From: Chiloscyllium plagiosum
Lineage: Eukaryota
Assembly: GCF_004010195.1 (NCBI RefSeq)
Contig: NC_057719.1
Coordinates: 79,534,503 to 79,598,502 of the forward strand
Length of the DNA: 64,000 bases
Direction: 5' to 3'
Shown piece by piece: positions 11,623 through 22,989 of the stretch. Under the pieces are notes generated by a model. The model had not been told where the DNA came from, did no database searches, and saw only the letters and a list, made by a program, of their open reading frames with translations. Position 1 is the first letter of the stretch. The number at the start of each line of letters is the position of its first letter. The position numbers were made by a program, and so were the translations under genes.

Positions 11623-12626
11623 TGAGAATAGGGCTCCTCAAAGATCAGCAAAGCAGACTTTGTGTGGAGCTGAAGAAAATGGGGGAGATACTAAATGTAT
11701 ATTTTGCAACAGTATTTACTGTGGAAAAGAATATGGAAGATATAGAATGTAGGGAAATAGATGGTGACACCTTGCAAAATGTCCATATTACAGAGGAGGA
11801 AGTGCTGGATGACTCGAAACGCATAAAGATGGATAAATCCCCAGGACCTGACGAGGTGTACCCTAGAATTCTGTGGAAAGCTAGAGAAATGATTGCTGGG
11901 CCTCTTGCTGAGATATTTGTATCATCAATAGTCACAGGTGAGGTGCCGGAAGACTGGAGGTTGGCTAGTGTGGTGCCACTGTTTAAGAAGGGTAGTAAGG
12001 ACAAGCCAGGGGACTATAGGCCAATGAAGCTGACGTCAGTGGTGGGCAAGTTGTTTGGAGGGAATCCTGAGGGACAGGATGTACATGTATTTGGAAAGGC
12101 AAGGACTGATTAGGGATAGTCAACATGGCTTTATGCATGGGAAATCATGTCTCACAAACTTGATAGAGTTTTTTGAAGAAGTAACAAAGAAGATTCATGA
12201 GGGCAGAGCAGTAGATGTGATCGATATGGACTTCAGTAAGGCATTCGACAAGGTTCCCCATGGGAGTCTGATTAGCAAGGTTAGATCTCATGGAATACAG
12301 GGAGAACTAGCCATTTGGATTCAGAACTGGCTCAAAGGTAGAAGACAGAGGGTGGTGGTGGAGGGTTGTTTTTCAGATTGGAGGCCTGTGACCAGTGGAG
12401 TGCCACAAGGATTGGTGCTGGGTCCACTACTTTTTTGTCATTTACATAAATGATTTGGATGTGAGCAGAAGAGATTAGTAAGTTTGCAGATGACCCCAAA
12501 ATTGGAGGTGTAGTGGACAGCGAAGAGGGTTACCTCAGATTACAACAGGATCTTGACCAGATGGGCCAATGGGCTGAGAAGTGTCAGGTGGAGTTTAATT
12601 CAGATAAATGTGAGGTGCTGCATTTT
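11623..12626 (+). mobile_element. Young CR1/HER1, inverted 5' segment (RT domain)
   Basis: KSPGPDEVYPR..VPEDWR..QHGF..KSCLTNLIEFFE..DFSKAFDKVPH..GVPQG, ending at KCEVLHF (CATTTT). Confidence 0.92.
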
Positions 12627-14544
12627 CCTCAACCACTCCTCATAAGGCAAGTCCTTCAATTCCAAGATCTTTCTTATGGTCCCAAAATTGCTCACAATAT
12701 TCCAAATGCGGTCTGACCAGAGCCTTATACAGCCTCAGCCATACATCTCTGCTTTTGTATTCTAGTCCTCTTGAAATGAATGCTAAGATTGCATTTGCCT
12801 TCCTAACTGCCAAATGAATTTGCATATTAACTTTAAGAGAATCTTGAACTAGGACTTCCAAGTTCCTTTGTGCTTCAGATTTTCAAAGCCTTTCCCCATT
12901 TAGAAAATAGTCTGTGTCTCTTCTTCCTACCAAAGTGCATGACCCCACACTTTCTGTGTGTTCCATCTGTCACTTCTTTGCCCATTCTCCAAGCCTGTCC
13001 CAGTCCTTCTGCAGCCTCCCAGCTTCTGCAACACTACCTGTCCCTCCATCTATCTTTGCATCATCTGCAAACTTAGCATCAACGCCCTCAGTTCCCTTGT
13101 CCAGATTGTTAATGTATAATGTGAATAGTTGTACTTCTAACATTAACCCTTGTGGAACTCCACAAGTCACCATCTGCCAACCTGAAAAAGATGTTTCTAT
13201 CCTCACAGTCTGCCTTTCGACAATTCTCTATCCATGCCAGTACCTTATCCTTAAGACCAGATGCTCTTACCTTACTTAGCAGTCTCCTATGCAACACTTT
13301 GTTAAAGACCTTCTGGAAATCCAAATAGATTATGTCAATTGGTTCTCCTTTGTCTAATTCTCTTGATTACCTCCTCAACGAATTCTAACAGATTTGTCAG
13401 GCATGACCTCCTCTTCACAAAGTTTAGCTGACTGAATCCTATTTTACCATGCACTTCCAAGTACTTCTCAATCTCATCCTTAATAATGGACTCTAAAATC
13501 TTGCCAGTAACCAATATCAGGCTCACCGTCCTATTGTTTCCTATCATCTGTTTCCCTCCTCTCTTAAACAGTGTTACATTAGCCATTTTCCAGTCCTCTG
13601 GGATTCCCTCTGACTCCAGTAATTCCTGAACCAGTAACACCACCAATGCCTCCACAATCTCCTCAGCTGTCTCCTTCAGAACTGTGGGTGTAGCCCATCT
13701 GATCCAGATGAGTTATCTGCCTTCAGACCTTTCAGCTTCCCCAGTACCTTCTCCTTCGTGATGGCCACTACACTCACCTCTGTCCCCTGACTCTCTTGAA
13801 GTTCTGACATGCTGCTGATGTCTTCCACTTTGAAAACTGATGCAAAGCACCTATTCAGTTCATCTGCCATTTCTTTATTCCCCATTCTATTTTTCCAGCT
13901 ATCCAATGTCCACTCTTGCCTCTGTCTTACCTGTTAGATATGAAATAAACTCTTGCAATCTTCTATCATATTACCAGCTAGCTTATTCTTATATTTCATC
14001 CTTACTCTTATATTTTTCTCCTTTACTGTTTTTTTGAGCTATCCTCTGCTGATTTTTAAAGGCTTCCTGATTTTCTGGCTTCCCACTAATCTTCAATATA
14101 TTGTACACTTTTTCTTTTGATTTATGCTGTCCCTGACTTCCCCTGTCAGCCCTGTTTGCTTTGTCCTCCCTTTAGTATGTTTCTTCTTCCTTGGGATGAA
14201 TTTCTGTTGTGCCTCCCAAATTTCCATCAAAAACTCCTGCCATTGCTGCTCCACAGTCTTCCTTGCTAAGCTCCCCTTCCAATCAGTTCTGTTCAGCTCA
14301 CCTTTTCATGCCTTTGTAGTGACTGTTACTCAGTTGTAATGCTATTGCATCGAACTCCAGCTTGTCCCTCTCAAACTGCAGGGTGAATTCTACCATGTTA
14401 CCATCACTTCTCCCTGGGGGTTCCTTCACCTTAAGCTCCCTAATCAAGTCTGCCTCATTACACATCACCAAATCCAGAATTGCCCGTTCCCTATTGACCT
14501 CTACCATACGTTGCTCCAAAAAAAACCTCTAATAGACGAATCTG

Positions 14545-14790
14545 AACATTAGACTTAGAATTGAAATTAGAATTAGATATTATTGTCATGTGTATTCAAG
14601 TACAGGAGCATGGGAGTACAGTGAAAAGTGTACAATGTCACCATTTCTATCGTCATTTTAGGTACAAAGGTACCTAGGTACAAACTCTTAAGTACAGAGT
14701 AGATAAAGAAGGAACTGAAGTTAAAAATTCAGCATTGAATTCTTTCTTAGTGTAAAGTATAAAAATAAAGAAGTAAAGTTAGAAGTTCAG
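14545..14790 (-). mobile_element. Non-autonomous element 3' end with Rex1-like tail
   Basis: ttattgtcatgtgtatt..tacagtg..tgtacaatgtcacca resembles 19965-20040. Confidence 0.45.
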
Positions 14791-14889
14791 CTTGAGTGCC
14801 TTTCCAGGCTTGACTTGTACTTGCCACTAGGGTTTGATCTCTTCCAAAACTCAACTCCACCCCACCACACATGCCAGGATTGGCATGGT

Positions 14890-15025
14890 TGAAAATGTGT
14901 TGCTGGAAAAGCGCAGCAGGTCAGGCAGCATCGACGTTTCGGGCATAAGCCCTTCTTCAGGCTGCGCTTTTCCAGTAACACATTTTCAGCTCTGATCTCC
15001 AGCATCTGCAGACCTCACTTTCTCC
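14890..15025. mobile_element. Penelope-like family A asymmetric palindrome (internally deleted)
   Basis: Inverted arms tgaaaatgtgttgctggaaaagcgcagc / gctgcgcttttccagtaacacattttca plus a tail. Direct repeat AGGATTGGC(A/G)TGGT at 14876-14889 and 15029-15042. Confidence 0.82.
14933..14960 (-). ncRNA. Minimal hammerhead ribozyme core (intact catalytic residues)
   Basis: CTGAAGA-A-GGGC TTAT GCCC-GAAA-C-GTC. Stem I is poor in this copy. Confidence 0.6.
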
Positions 15026-15357
15026 TCGAGGATTGGCGTGGTGTCTGGCCACCATGATAGCAAAAACAAACCTTCTGTTTTATCTAGTCAGATTTCACTC
15101 TGGGATCTGACTTGTCCAGTTTTATCTTCAAAAGGGATTTAGCAGCTGGGATTATAAAACAGTCTGTGGGAGCTTTCTGTGCACAAATTGACCCAAGGTT
15201 CCCTACATTGTAATGGTGACTACACTTCCAAAGTACTTTGATGTCTGTAGTGTGGTTTGGGATGCCCTGAATGGTTGATTGAGAAATACAAATCTTTCGC
15301 TGTTTACAGAGAGAGGGGGTGATGTTCCCAGGGCTCTCCCAATGGTCCACATTCAGA

Positions 15358-15660
15358 CAGTCATAGAGTCATACAGCACAGAAACAGACCCTTAGGTCCG
15401 ACCAGTCCCTTCTGAACATATTTTCAAACTAAACTAGTCCCACCTGCCTGCCCTTGGCCCATTCCCTCCAAACCTTTCCTATTCATGTCCTTATCCAAAC
15501 GTTGTAATTGTTCACGCATCCACGGTCCCTCAGGAAGTTCATTCCTCATGCAAACCACGCACTGTGTAAAACGTTTGCCCCTCGACGATTTTAAATCTCT
15601 CTCCTCTCACCTGAAGAATGTGCCCCCTAGTTTTGAAATCCCCCATCCTAGGGAAAAGAC
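15358..15660 (-). mobile_element. CR1 LINE, 3' fragment
   Basis: LFPRMGDFKTRGH..VRGERFK plus 3' UTR and ctatgact tail. Confidence 0.85.
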
Positions 15661-16784
15661 AACCACCCGTCCCATCCCTATCTCTGTGCGTTCTCTGTGG
15701 TACAGTCTCCTGACACATGGCATCCAGCAGCACTAAAGTTAGCATTTTACTGGGCCTGCTGACCTCAGCAAACCTGCCAACTGGTCATCGCTAGGCTTTA
15801 TGCATCAAAACAGTGTGCTGGCAGAATAGCAAATACAATGTAATTTGGATAGGTTTTCGTCAAATGGAAATTTGAGCAAGTGATTCAGCCTCTTGAGTCC
15901 ATTCCGCCATTATGTCTGATCACAGCAAATCTAACTGAATTCAACCTTTTCACCTGCCTTAGTTCCAAAAACGTTCGCTCACAAAACTCAATCTCAGTCA
16001 GTCATGAGTGTGGGGAGACTGTTTACAAAGTGCTCTAGATTACAAATCCTTTGCTGCTGCAACTGTGACAAATATTAATTAAGTGACATTACATGTTTTA
16101 AAATATGGACTCAGCACTTGCACAAGGCTGTGAGTGTTTGGAGACCTGGGCTGCTCATTGCGTAAAACACTCCCTATTGTTTGTGTGTTTTCTGAGGCTT
16201 GGCATGTCTCATTAACTTAACAGGCTGGCTAAGTGAAGACAGACGGTCCTGCAGTTTCACTGCTTTCTTATGTATACAAGATGCCACAGTCAGAGTATGG
16301 AGAGACAACAGATAATGGGATCTGTTGGCTGCCAGTCACTGGAGCCCAGTGCAGCAATCCACCCTCAACGGCATTTAGAGTGTAAGTTGTTAGATACTGG
16401 CATTCAGCTGAGCTACTTAGCTCGGGAAGAGCCCATGTTTAATCTCTTGACCCATGCTGTGCAAATCCTTAGCCCAAGTTCTCTGTTTACAGCTCATGGT
16501 GATGGGATACAGAAATGGGATGGTGTGCATGAAGTGGGAAACCATCATTTCTTTTGGTCCTTGGAATGTGTATTTCCTTGGCTGGGCCACTATTCATTCC
16601 CAAGCCTTTCCTGCCCTTGGGAAGCTGTCTTCTACAACCTCAGCACCCCATATGGTGTAGGTGCATCCTCCTAGGCTTTACACCACAGTTCTTGAAAGGC
16701 TGAATGGCCACCTCGTGTTTCCATTTGGTGTGTTCATATTTTGTACACTACCACTGAATGACTTTCTCAGCCAGTGGACAAGAG

Positions 16785-17110
16785 GGGGCAGAATGGTGGC
16801 CCAGCAGTTAGCACTATTGCCTCATATTGTCAGGTACCCGGGTTTGATTCTAGTCTTGGGCGACTGTCTGTGTGGAGTTTACACATTCTCTACCCGTGTC
16901 TGTGTGGGTTTGCCCCAACGGTCCAAGGATGTGCAGGTTAGGTGGATAGGCCATGCAAAATTGTCCTGTGGTGTCCACAGATGTGCAGGCTAGGTGGGTT
17001 AGCCATGGGAAATGCAGGGATAAAGTGGGACTGGGTGGGATGCTCTTTAAAGGGGCGGTACGGACAAAATGGGCTGAATGGTCTGCTTCCACACTGTAGC
17101 GATTCTATGA
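16785..17110 (+). mobile_element. HE1-type SINE
   Basis: Degenerate tRNA head, ctgtctgtgtggagttt core and gattctatga end. Confidence 0.8.
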
Positions 17111-18077
17111 TGAGATGCCTACGTTGCTGGGAATGCGGATTCACATTTGGAATGGACTGAGCAAGTCTGGTCGATTACCTCCCCAGAAGGTGATTCAAGT
17201 GGACTTTAGGACAATCCTGTGGTTTCATGAGCATAATGAATGGGATACGCTTCTTGTTTCGAATTTATTAATGAATTTATTTTAAATTGCTCAGCTGCAG
17301 CAGTGGGATTTGAACTTGTGTCCCGGAAGGGTTCGTCCAGGTTTCTTTGTGGTTACTGAAATGACCACAACACTAAAGATTGATAGTGGGAGGAAATAGG
17401 CAGGAGAGCCACCTCAGTGTCTCTCCTGCAATTGGGTGAGGATTGGATGGGGAAGGGGAAAGAGAAAGATGCCTCAACTGAGTAAGAAAGCCTTAAGGCT
17501 GTTCACAGAGCTCAGAGATGACACTACACGAAAGAAGAAAACGTTAAATGAAAGAGTCAATTAAGTTTTGCTCAAAGTAATGGGGATAGGGGGAAAAAGA
17601 GATGGGGAGAGATTTAACTTGACTAAAATAGGCTCCATAGTTGAACAGACTGTCTGGTAAATACAAGCAATCAATTGGACAGGACTTTACGGTCTGACCA
17701 GTGACTTCAGGAGTTGAGGGTGTGAACTAGTAGATAAGCCTCCTGACCCCAAAATGTCAAGAGATGAGAAGCTTTGTTTCCGATAAAAAGCTTTAAGGTG
17801 TCAGCTCTGGCATCCACTGGGAATATTCTATTGGTTTCTGGAGCCCGGCGCATGTTTGCTCAATTGGCTGCACGTCAACAAAATGCTGGAGCCAAGTTAC
17901 TCAGTGGCAGCCAAATTCCTTCAGAGCTCTCCTTCCCTTGAGTGCAAGTCAAACATGCATTGACAAGTTCTGTCATTACAAGTGTTGTCATTCAGAGCTT
18001 CACCAACTTACAAACACAGGCGCTATCCTGCAGCAAGATACACGATCCGTGCTGTGTCAGACTCAGATTGACTGCTC

Positions 18078-18705
18078 AGAGTCAGAGGGATGTACAGCAT
18101 GGAAACAGGCCCTTCCATCCAACTCGTCCATGCTGACCACATATCCTGAATTAATCCAATCCCGTTTGCCAGCATTTGGCCCATATTCCTTCCTATTCAC
18201 GTATCCATCTACATATCTCTTAATTGTACCAGCCTCTGCCACCTCCTCCGACAGTTTGTTCCATACCCGCACCACCCTCTGCGGGAAAAGTTTCCCCTTC
18301 GATCTCTTTTAAATCTTTCCCCTCTCACCTAAAACCTACACCCTCTAGTTTTGGATTCCCCTACCCTGGAGAAAAGACTTTGACTGCTCATCCTATCCAC
18401 ACCCCTCATGATTTTATAAACTCCTATAAGGTCAGCCCCCAGGCTCTGATGCTCCAGGGTATGTAGCTCCAGCCTGTTCAGCCTCTCCCCTATTATTCCA
18501 ACCCCAGGAACACTCTTGTAAGTCTTTTCTGCAGCCTTTCAAGTTTTACAATGTCTTTCCTGTAGCAGGGAGACCAGAATTGAATGCGATGTTCTAAACG
18601 TGGCCGAACTAATGTCCTGTAATGCAGCAACATGATCTCCCAACTCCGATACTCAATGTACCGACTAATAAAGATAAGTGTACCAAATGCCTTCTTCACT
18701 GCCCT
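18078..18705 (-). mobile_element. CR1/HER1 LINE, 3' fragment
   Basis: YRTLVRPRLEHRIQFWSPCYRKDIVKLERLQKR..VRVWNKLSEEV. Confidence 0.88.
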
Positions 18706-19199
18706 GTTCTTATTATCTGGTTCATGCTGAACAACAGCCTACTCTAAGGCACATACAAGCTACACATTCAAAGCCAGAGTGAATTGTTGCCAGCTTTCGG
18801 GTGTCTTCCCATGGAGCACACTGGGAAGCAGTGGAAGGAATTCTTTGCCAATTAACAGTTGGGCACAGTGGCATTATCAATGTTTTCATATCTTCACACT
18901 TTGCCCTTAGACCATAGTATGAAAAGATTTGCTCATTAATAGTCTGCCACACATTCTCAAGGATATCCCTTCCATGACCATTACAGTTGGCTGCCATCAA
19001 TATCTTCTGAATGCGTGGGTTCTTTAGGGACTTATATGGTCTAGTGTGGGTGAGGGTAGCTCTCTTCTTCAAGAGTTTTATGCAGGAAATATATTTGCAT
19101 CTCTGCAACAATTTACAGGTTATAAGAATAGGCTGAGCATGACAGGTGTTGAGAGAACCTACTCATTGCGCTGTCTCCAACAAGACATTCTCTGTCTCC

Positions 19200-19562
19200 T
19201 CGCATAACAACTTACAAAATTCTGACAGGACTAGGCAGCATGGAAGGATGTTCCATTTGGCCAGGAAATCCAGAACCAGTTTCAAAATCTAAGGGGTGGG
19301 TTATTTAGGACTGAGTTGAGGAGAAATGTCTTCAGAGAGTGGTGAGTCTGGGAAAGTCTGTGTCACAGAAAGTGGTTGAATCCAAAACAATGAATGTTTT
19401 GAAGAAGGAATTAAATGTAGTTCTGAGGGCTAAAGAGCAAAATGGTCTGGGGAGAAAGCGGGAACAGGGAACCAATTTGGATGATCAGCCACGGTCAAAT
19501 TGAATGGCGGATGAGGGTCAAAGGGCCGAATGGCCTACTGGTGCTCCTATTTTCTATGTTTC
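19200..19562 (+). mobile_element. Older CR1 3' fragment
   Basis: tttaggactgagttgaggagaaatgtcttc..gatcagcca..tgaatggcgg..aagggccgaatggcctact. Similar remnants at 38170-38470, 39400-39610, 42320-42830, 45020-45260 and 50430-50960. Confidence 0.7.
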
Positions 19563-19952
19563 CATGGGATCCTCCTTTACTCCCCTCTGACCAAAACCCC
19601 TATGACATAATCATAGTGAGCAGTCCTTATTGTTTCAACCAAGTATTAACCCTCTCAGATCCCTCCAGACTCATGTTCAACAATGACTATCTTCACACTG
19701 GCTGCTAGTACAGTTCAACAGGGACCCGCTGGAATGATGAGGGCGGGCCGAATGGTCTCCTCCAGTTGTGAACATTGCAAACACGTCGTTCAGGAGTGAG
19801 GGGGATGTTCACAACAAGCAATGGTGTGAAGCTTACCAAATTACTTTCAAAAGATATCCCGTCTGCAACAGTCTGTCCACATTCCAATGGAACACCCTCA
19901 GGATGGTTGTCACTTTTGAGCCAAATTGCAGGTGATTTTGACACCCAAGCAA

Positions 19953-20931
19953 GATGATTGATCGATTTATTTATTGTCACTTGTATTTTGTTACACAATA
20001 CAGTGTTGTATAGTGTCGCCACTCTCTGGCACCATCTTAAAAACACAGAAAAATAAACCAAAATACAGAATTTAAAGACAGAACAATGAAGAGATAAAGA
20101 AAACGTATCCAATGTAACAGTCCTTCTTGTTAAGTGCTCTGCCATGGGCCAGGGGGCCAGGCGTGAGTCCCCTTGGCTGCACCACCGCCGCTGGAACAAG
20201 TGTCTCTGCTCTTCCAGGCCATCTCATCTCCACCGATGCCCTCGCCACTGTGAGGTCTCGCTAGACTTCACCAATGCAGATGGCACTGATGGTGCCAGAC
20301 ACCGTACTGATCCAAACTCGACTCCGCCACTGCCACGAGTTCGCTTCAGACCCACCTCGCCGGTGCAGCCATTGTTGATGCCACAGGGTCTTATACTAGG
20401 CCCAGACCTGCCTCCACCTCCATGAATCTGTGCCGGAAGCAGACATCATTGGGAACCCAAACTCGCGTCCGTTGCAGCTGCCATGAGTCAGAACTAGGAC
20501 TGCCTCCACTCTGCAAAAGCTGCTGGGAACCCAAACTCACCTCCAATGCCACTAACATGAGTCCGTGCTGGGTCTACTCAAGTCCGCGCTACTGGGCCTA
20601 CTCGAGTCAATGCTGCTGGGCCTACTCGAGTCTGCACTGCTGCATCTACTCAAGTCCATGCTGTTGAGCCTACTCAAGACCACGCTACTGGACCTACTTG
20701 AGTCCGTACTGCTAGGCCTACTCAAGTCAATGCTGCTGGGCCTACTCAAGACCATGCTGCTGGACCTACTTGAGTCCATGCTGCTAGGCCTACTCAAGTC
20801 AATGCTGCTGGGCCTACTCGAGTCCGTTCTGCTGGGCCTATTTGAGTCTGCACTACCCAGCCTACTTGGGTCTGTGCTGCTTGTGCTGTGTCCCTGGCGC
20901 TGTGAGGTAGCAGTGCTAACCACTGAGCCAC
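19953..20931 (-). mobile_element. Composite non-autonomous retroelement candidate: tRNA-like head, 24-bp VNTR, GC-rich body, Rex1-like 3' tail
   Basis: Minus strand begins gtggctcagtggttagcactgctacctcacagcgccagggac (20931-20890) and ends aatacaagtgacaataaataaatcgatcaatca, which resembles the Rex1 end at 57090-57120. Confidence 0.5.
20559..20880. repeat. 24-bp minisatellite, ~13 units
   Basis: Unit ~TGCTGCTGGGCCTACTCGAGTCCA. It translates as (LLGLLESM)n on + and (SRPSSMDS)n on -. Confidence 0.95.
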
Positions 20932-21118
20932 TGATTTCCATTGTTCTACTGTCGACTGCTCTGGCCGTTAGCTCTGCATCTGAGTCCAAAGGTCAAGGGA
21001 TCGACTATTGGTCTAGAAAATCCCATCGAGTGAAGACTGGCACTGTGACTCTGGTATACGTGTTGATATCCGCAGATTATTTGTCTGCAGTGGTTGCGCC
21101 TGGCACATAAAGCCATCA

Positions 21119-21247
21119 TTCCTGATGAAGAGCTTTTGTCCAAAATGTCGATTTTCCTGCTCCTCGGTTGCTGCCTGACCGGCTGTGCTTTTCCAGCACT
21201 ACACTCTTGGCTCCAATCTCCAGCATCAGCAGTCCTCACGTTCACCT
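21119..21247 (+). mobile_element. Penelope-like terminal repeat, family A (solo unit)
   Basis: ttcctgatgaagagcttttgtccaaaatgtcg.. with direct repeat ACATAAA(G/A)CCATCA at 21105-21118 and 21248-21261. Confidence 0.82.
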
Positions 21248-22989
21248 ACATAAAACCATCAGATGCCCACAGGAATTAAACCCAGATAGACCTCACTATA
21301 TAATACTTATTGTACCACAAGGTCTTAAAGGGCCATGCGAGGTTATGCTCCACTTGTCTGGTGGCAACAGAACACGTTATGTATCAGGTTATGCTGAGAT
21401 AGCGGCCCCATATCCTCTGCGTTACCAAGACCACTTACTCCCACTCTAAACATTGTCCATCTATGCTACAGCCTCAGGTCATTTTTCAAAGGCACGTGGG
21501 CCAGTCCAGCATTAAATGCCCATCTCTAGTTGCACCTGAGAAGGAGGTGGTGAGCTGCTTTCTTGAACTGCTGTAGCTCACTCCTTTGGGTGGACCCATA
21601 ATGCCATTAGGGAAGTAGTTGCAAGCTTTTGACAGTGATGGAACAGCGACAGATTTCCAAGTCAGGATGATGAATGGATTGGAGGGGAACTTGTAGGTGG
21701 TGGTGTTCCCATTTTAATGTTGCTGTCCTTCTAGATGGAAGTGGCTATGGGCTTGGAAGGAGCTATATAAGGACACATGGTGAATTTTACAAACCCACAT
21801 TAAATCTGTCAGCTGTCGCTAAAACTCTTATGCATGTCTTTGTCCATCCACAACTATTTCAATTGGATGTCACGTTTTTCCTGCTTTTCAAACACACCCC
21901 CTCATGACTGAAACATACTGTAACCATCGAAGTCTTGGTGCCTCTCCGACTCTGGTCTGTCACACATCCCTGATTCCCTTCATCGCTGCATTCATGGGGC
22001 CAATGCCATTAGACCTTTCTGCCCTTAATTCAGGAATTACCTCCCTCATTACCCTCTGACACGCCACATCTCCCTCCATCTTTAGGATGCTCACTAACCT
22101 ATCCCTTTGACCTCAAACTGTCCTCACAGCTGCTTCTGATGCTTGCTCTCAAGTTTTGCACTCCCGTAAAGCAGCTTGGGATCTTCCACTGCATTAAAGG
22201 TGCTACACAAATGCAAGGGGTTGTTGCTTGTATGAGGAACGCCAGAGGTGAGCCGCTGATACATGGCTAACAGCTTGGTTACAGAGTTGATAACAAGCCA
22301 ATCATGGAGCGAAGCCATTTAGCAGCTTCACCAGACCTGAGGGAGCTCAGTGCGTGATCTGACTTTATTTTCGTGGTTTCTGAGAGTGTGGGATGGGTTC
22401 AGCTGTGTTTATGGTGATATTAGTCACTTTTAATTGAGGGTTAATTGCTAGTTAGTATCAAATTTGCAGATTAGCAGCCGAGCCGACTGACAACTGCAAA
22501 GTACAGCTACAGTAAATGACTTTATCGTTGTTCTTGCTGCCAAACACTGGAAAGAGTGTAAATATAAATGATGCAATAACACCTTGCTATGCTAGGGCAG
22601 GCCTGTCAAAGACTTTTCAAGTAGTCACTAGAAGCTGCAACAGGGATTAATAAGACCTAAAGCAAAACAAACAGAGCACCAGTGTTCGTTTCACAAAAGT
22701 GGAGAAGTTATGTATAGAAACATGGTTACATCACACTCGGAAAACAGAGCACAGTTCAGTTCTGGGCTCTATGTTATAGAAAAAGTGCACTGAAGGAGGT
22801 GCAATGAAAGTATTGATGGGATAATGCCAGAATGAGAGCTTGTAATGATCAGATAAGACCTGAATGGATAATGGCCTAGAATAGAGGCCTTTACAATTAC
22901 AGTGGAGTTCAATGGGATCAACATTCAAAGTGGAGTTGCTGCCAGTGATGGGGGAAGACAAAATTAGGGTTATAGATATAAGATAAATC

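Larger units (their letters stand above)
10440..14520 (-). mobile_element. Older CR1-family LINE (10440-10850 and 12627-14520), interrupted by a younger inverted CR1
   Basis: Minus-strand decayed ORF2: AILDLVMCN (endonuclease end), IPEDWKMANVT, SCLTNLLEF, DFQKVFNKV, GVPQG, AKFADDAK, LYKALVRPHLEYC. The 3' UTR ends near 10440. Confidence 0.85.

Noticed and set aside
11607..12716. Active autonomous LINE ORF2
   Set aside because: Frameshifted, 5'-truncated and inverted. No intact autonomous element of any family is present in the window.
16286..16390. Plus-strand exon candidate with gtaagt donor; DATVRVW WD40-like peptide in one frame
   Set aside because: Weak acceptor, the WD-like frame stops after four more codons, and there is no partner exon.
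20559..20880. CRISPR-like array
   Set aside because: Contiguous tandem units without unique spacers, in eukaryotic context with no cas genes.
20565..21110. 181-aa leucine-repeat ORF as a real gene
   Set aside because: It has a non-ATG start and is made of a VNTR plus an antisense SINE head. There is no splice or homology support.
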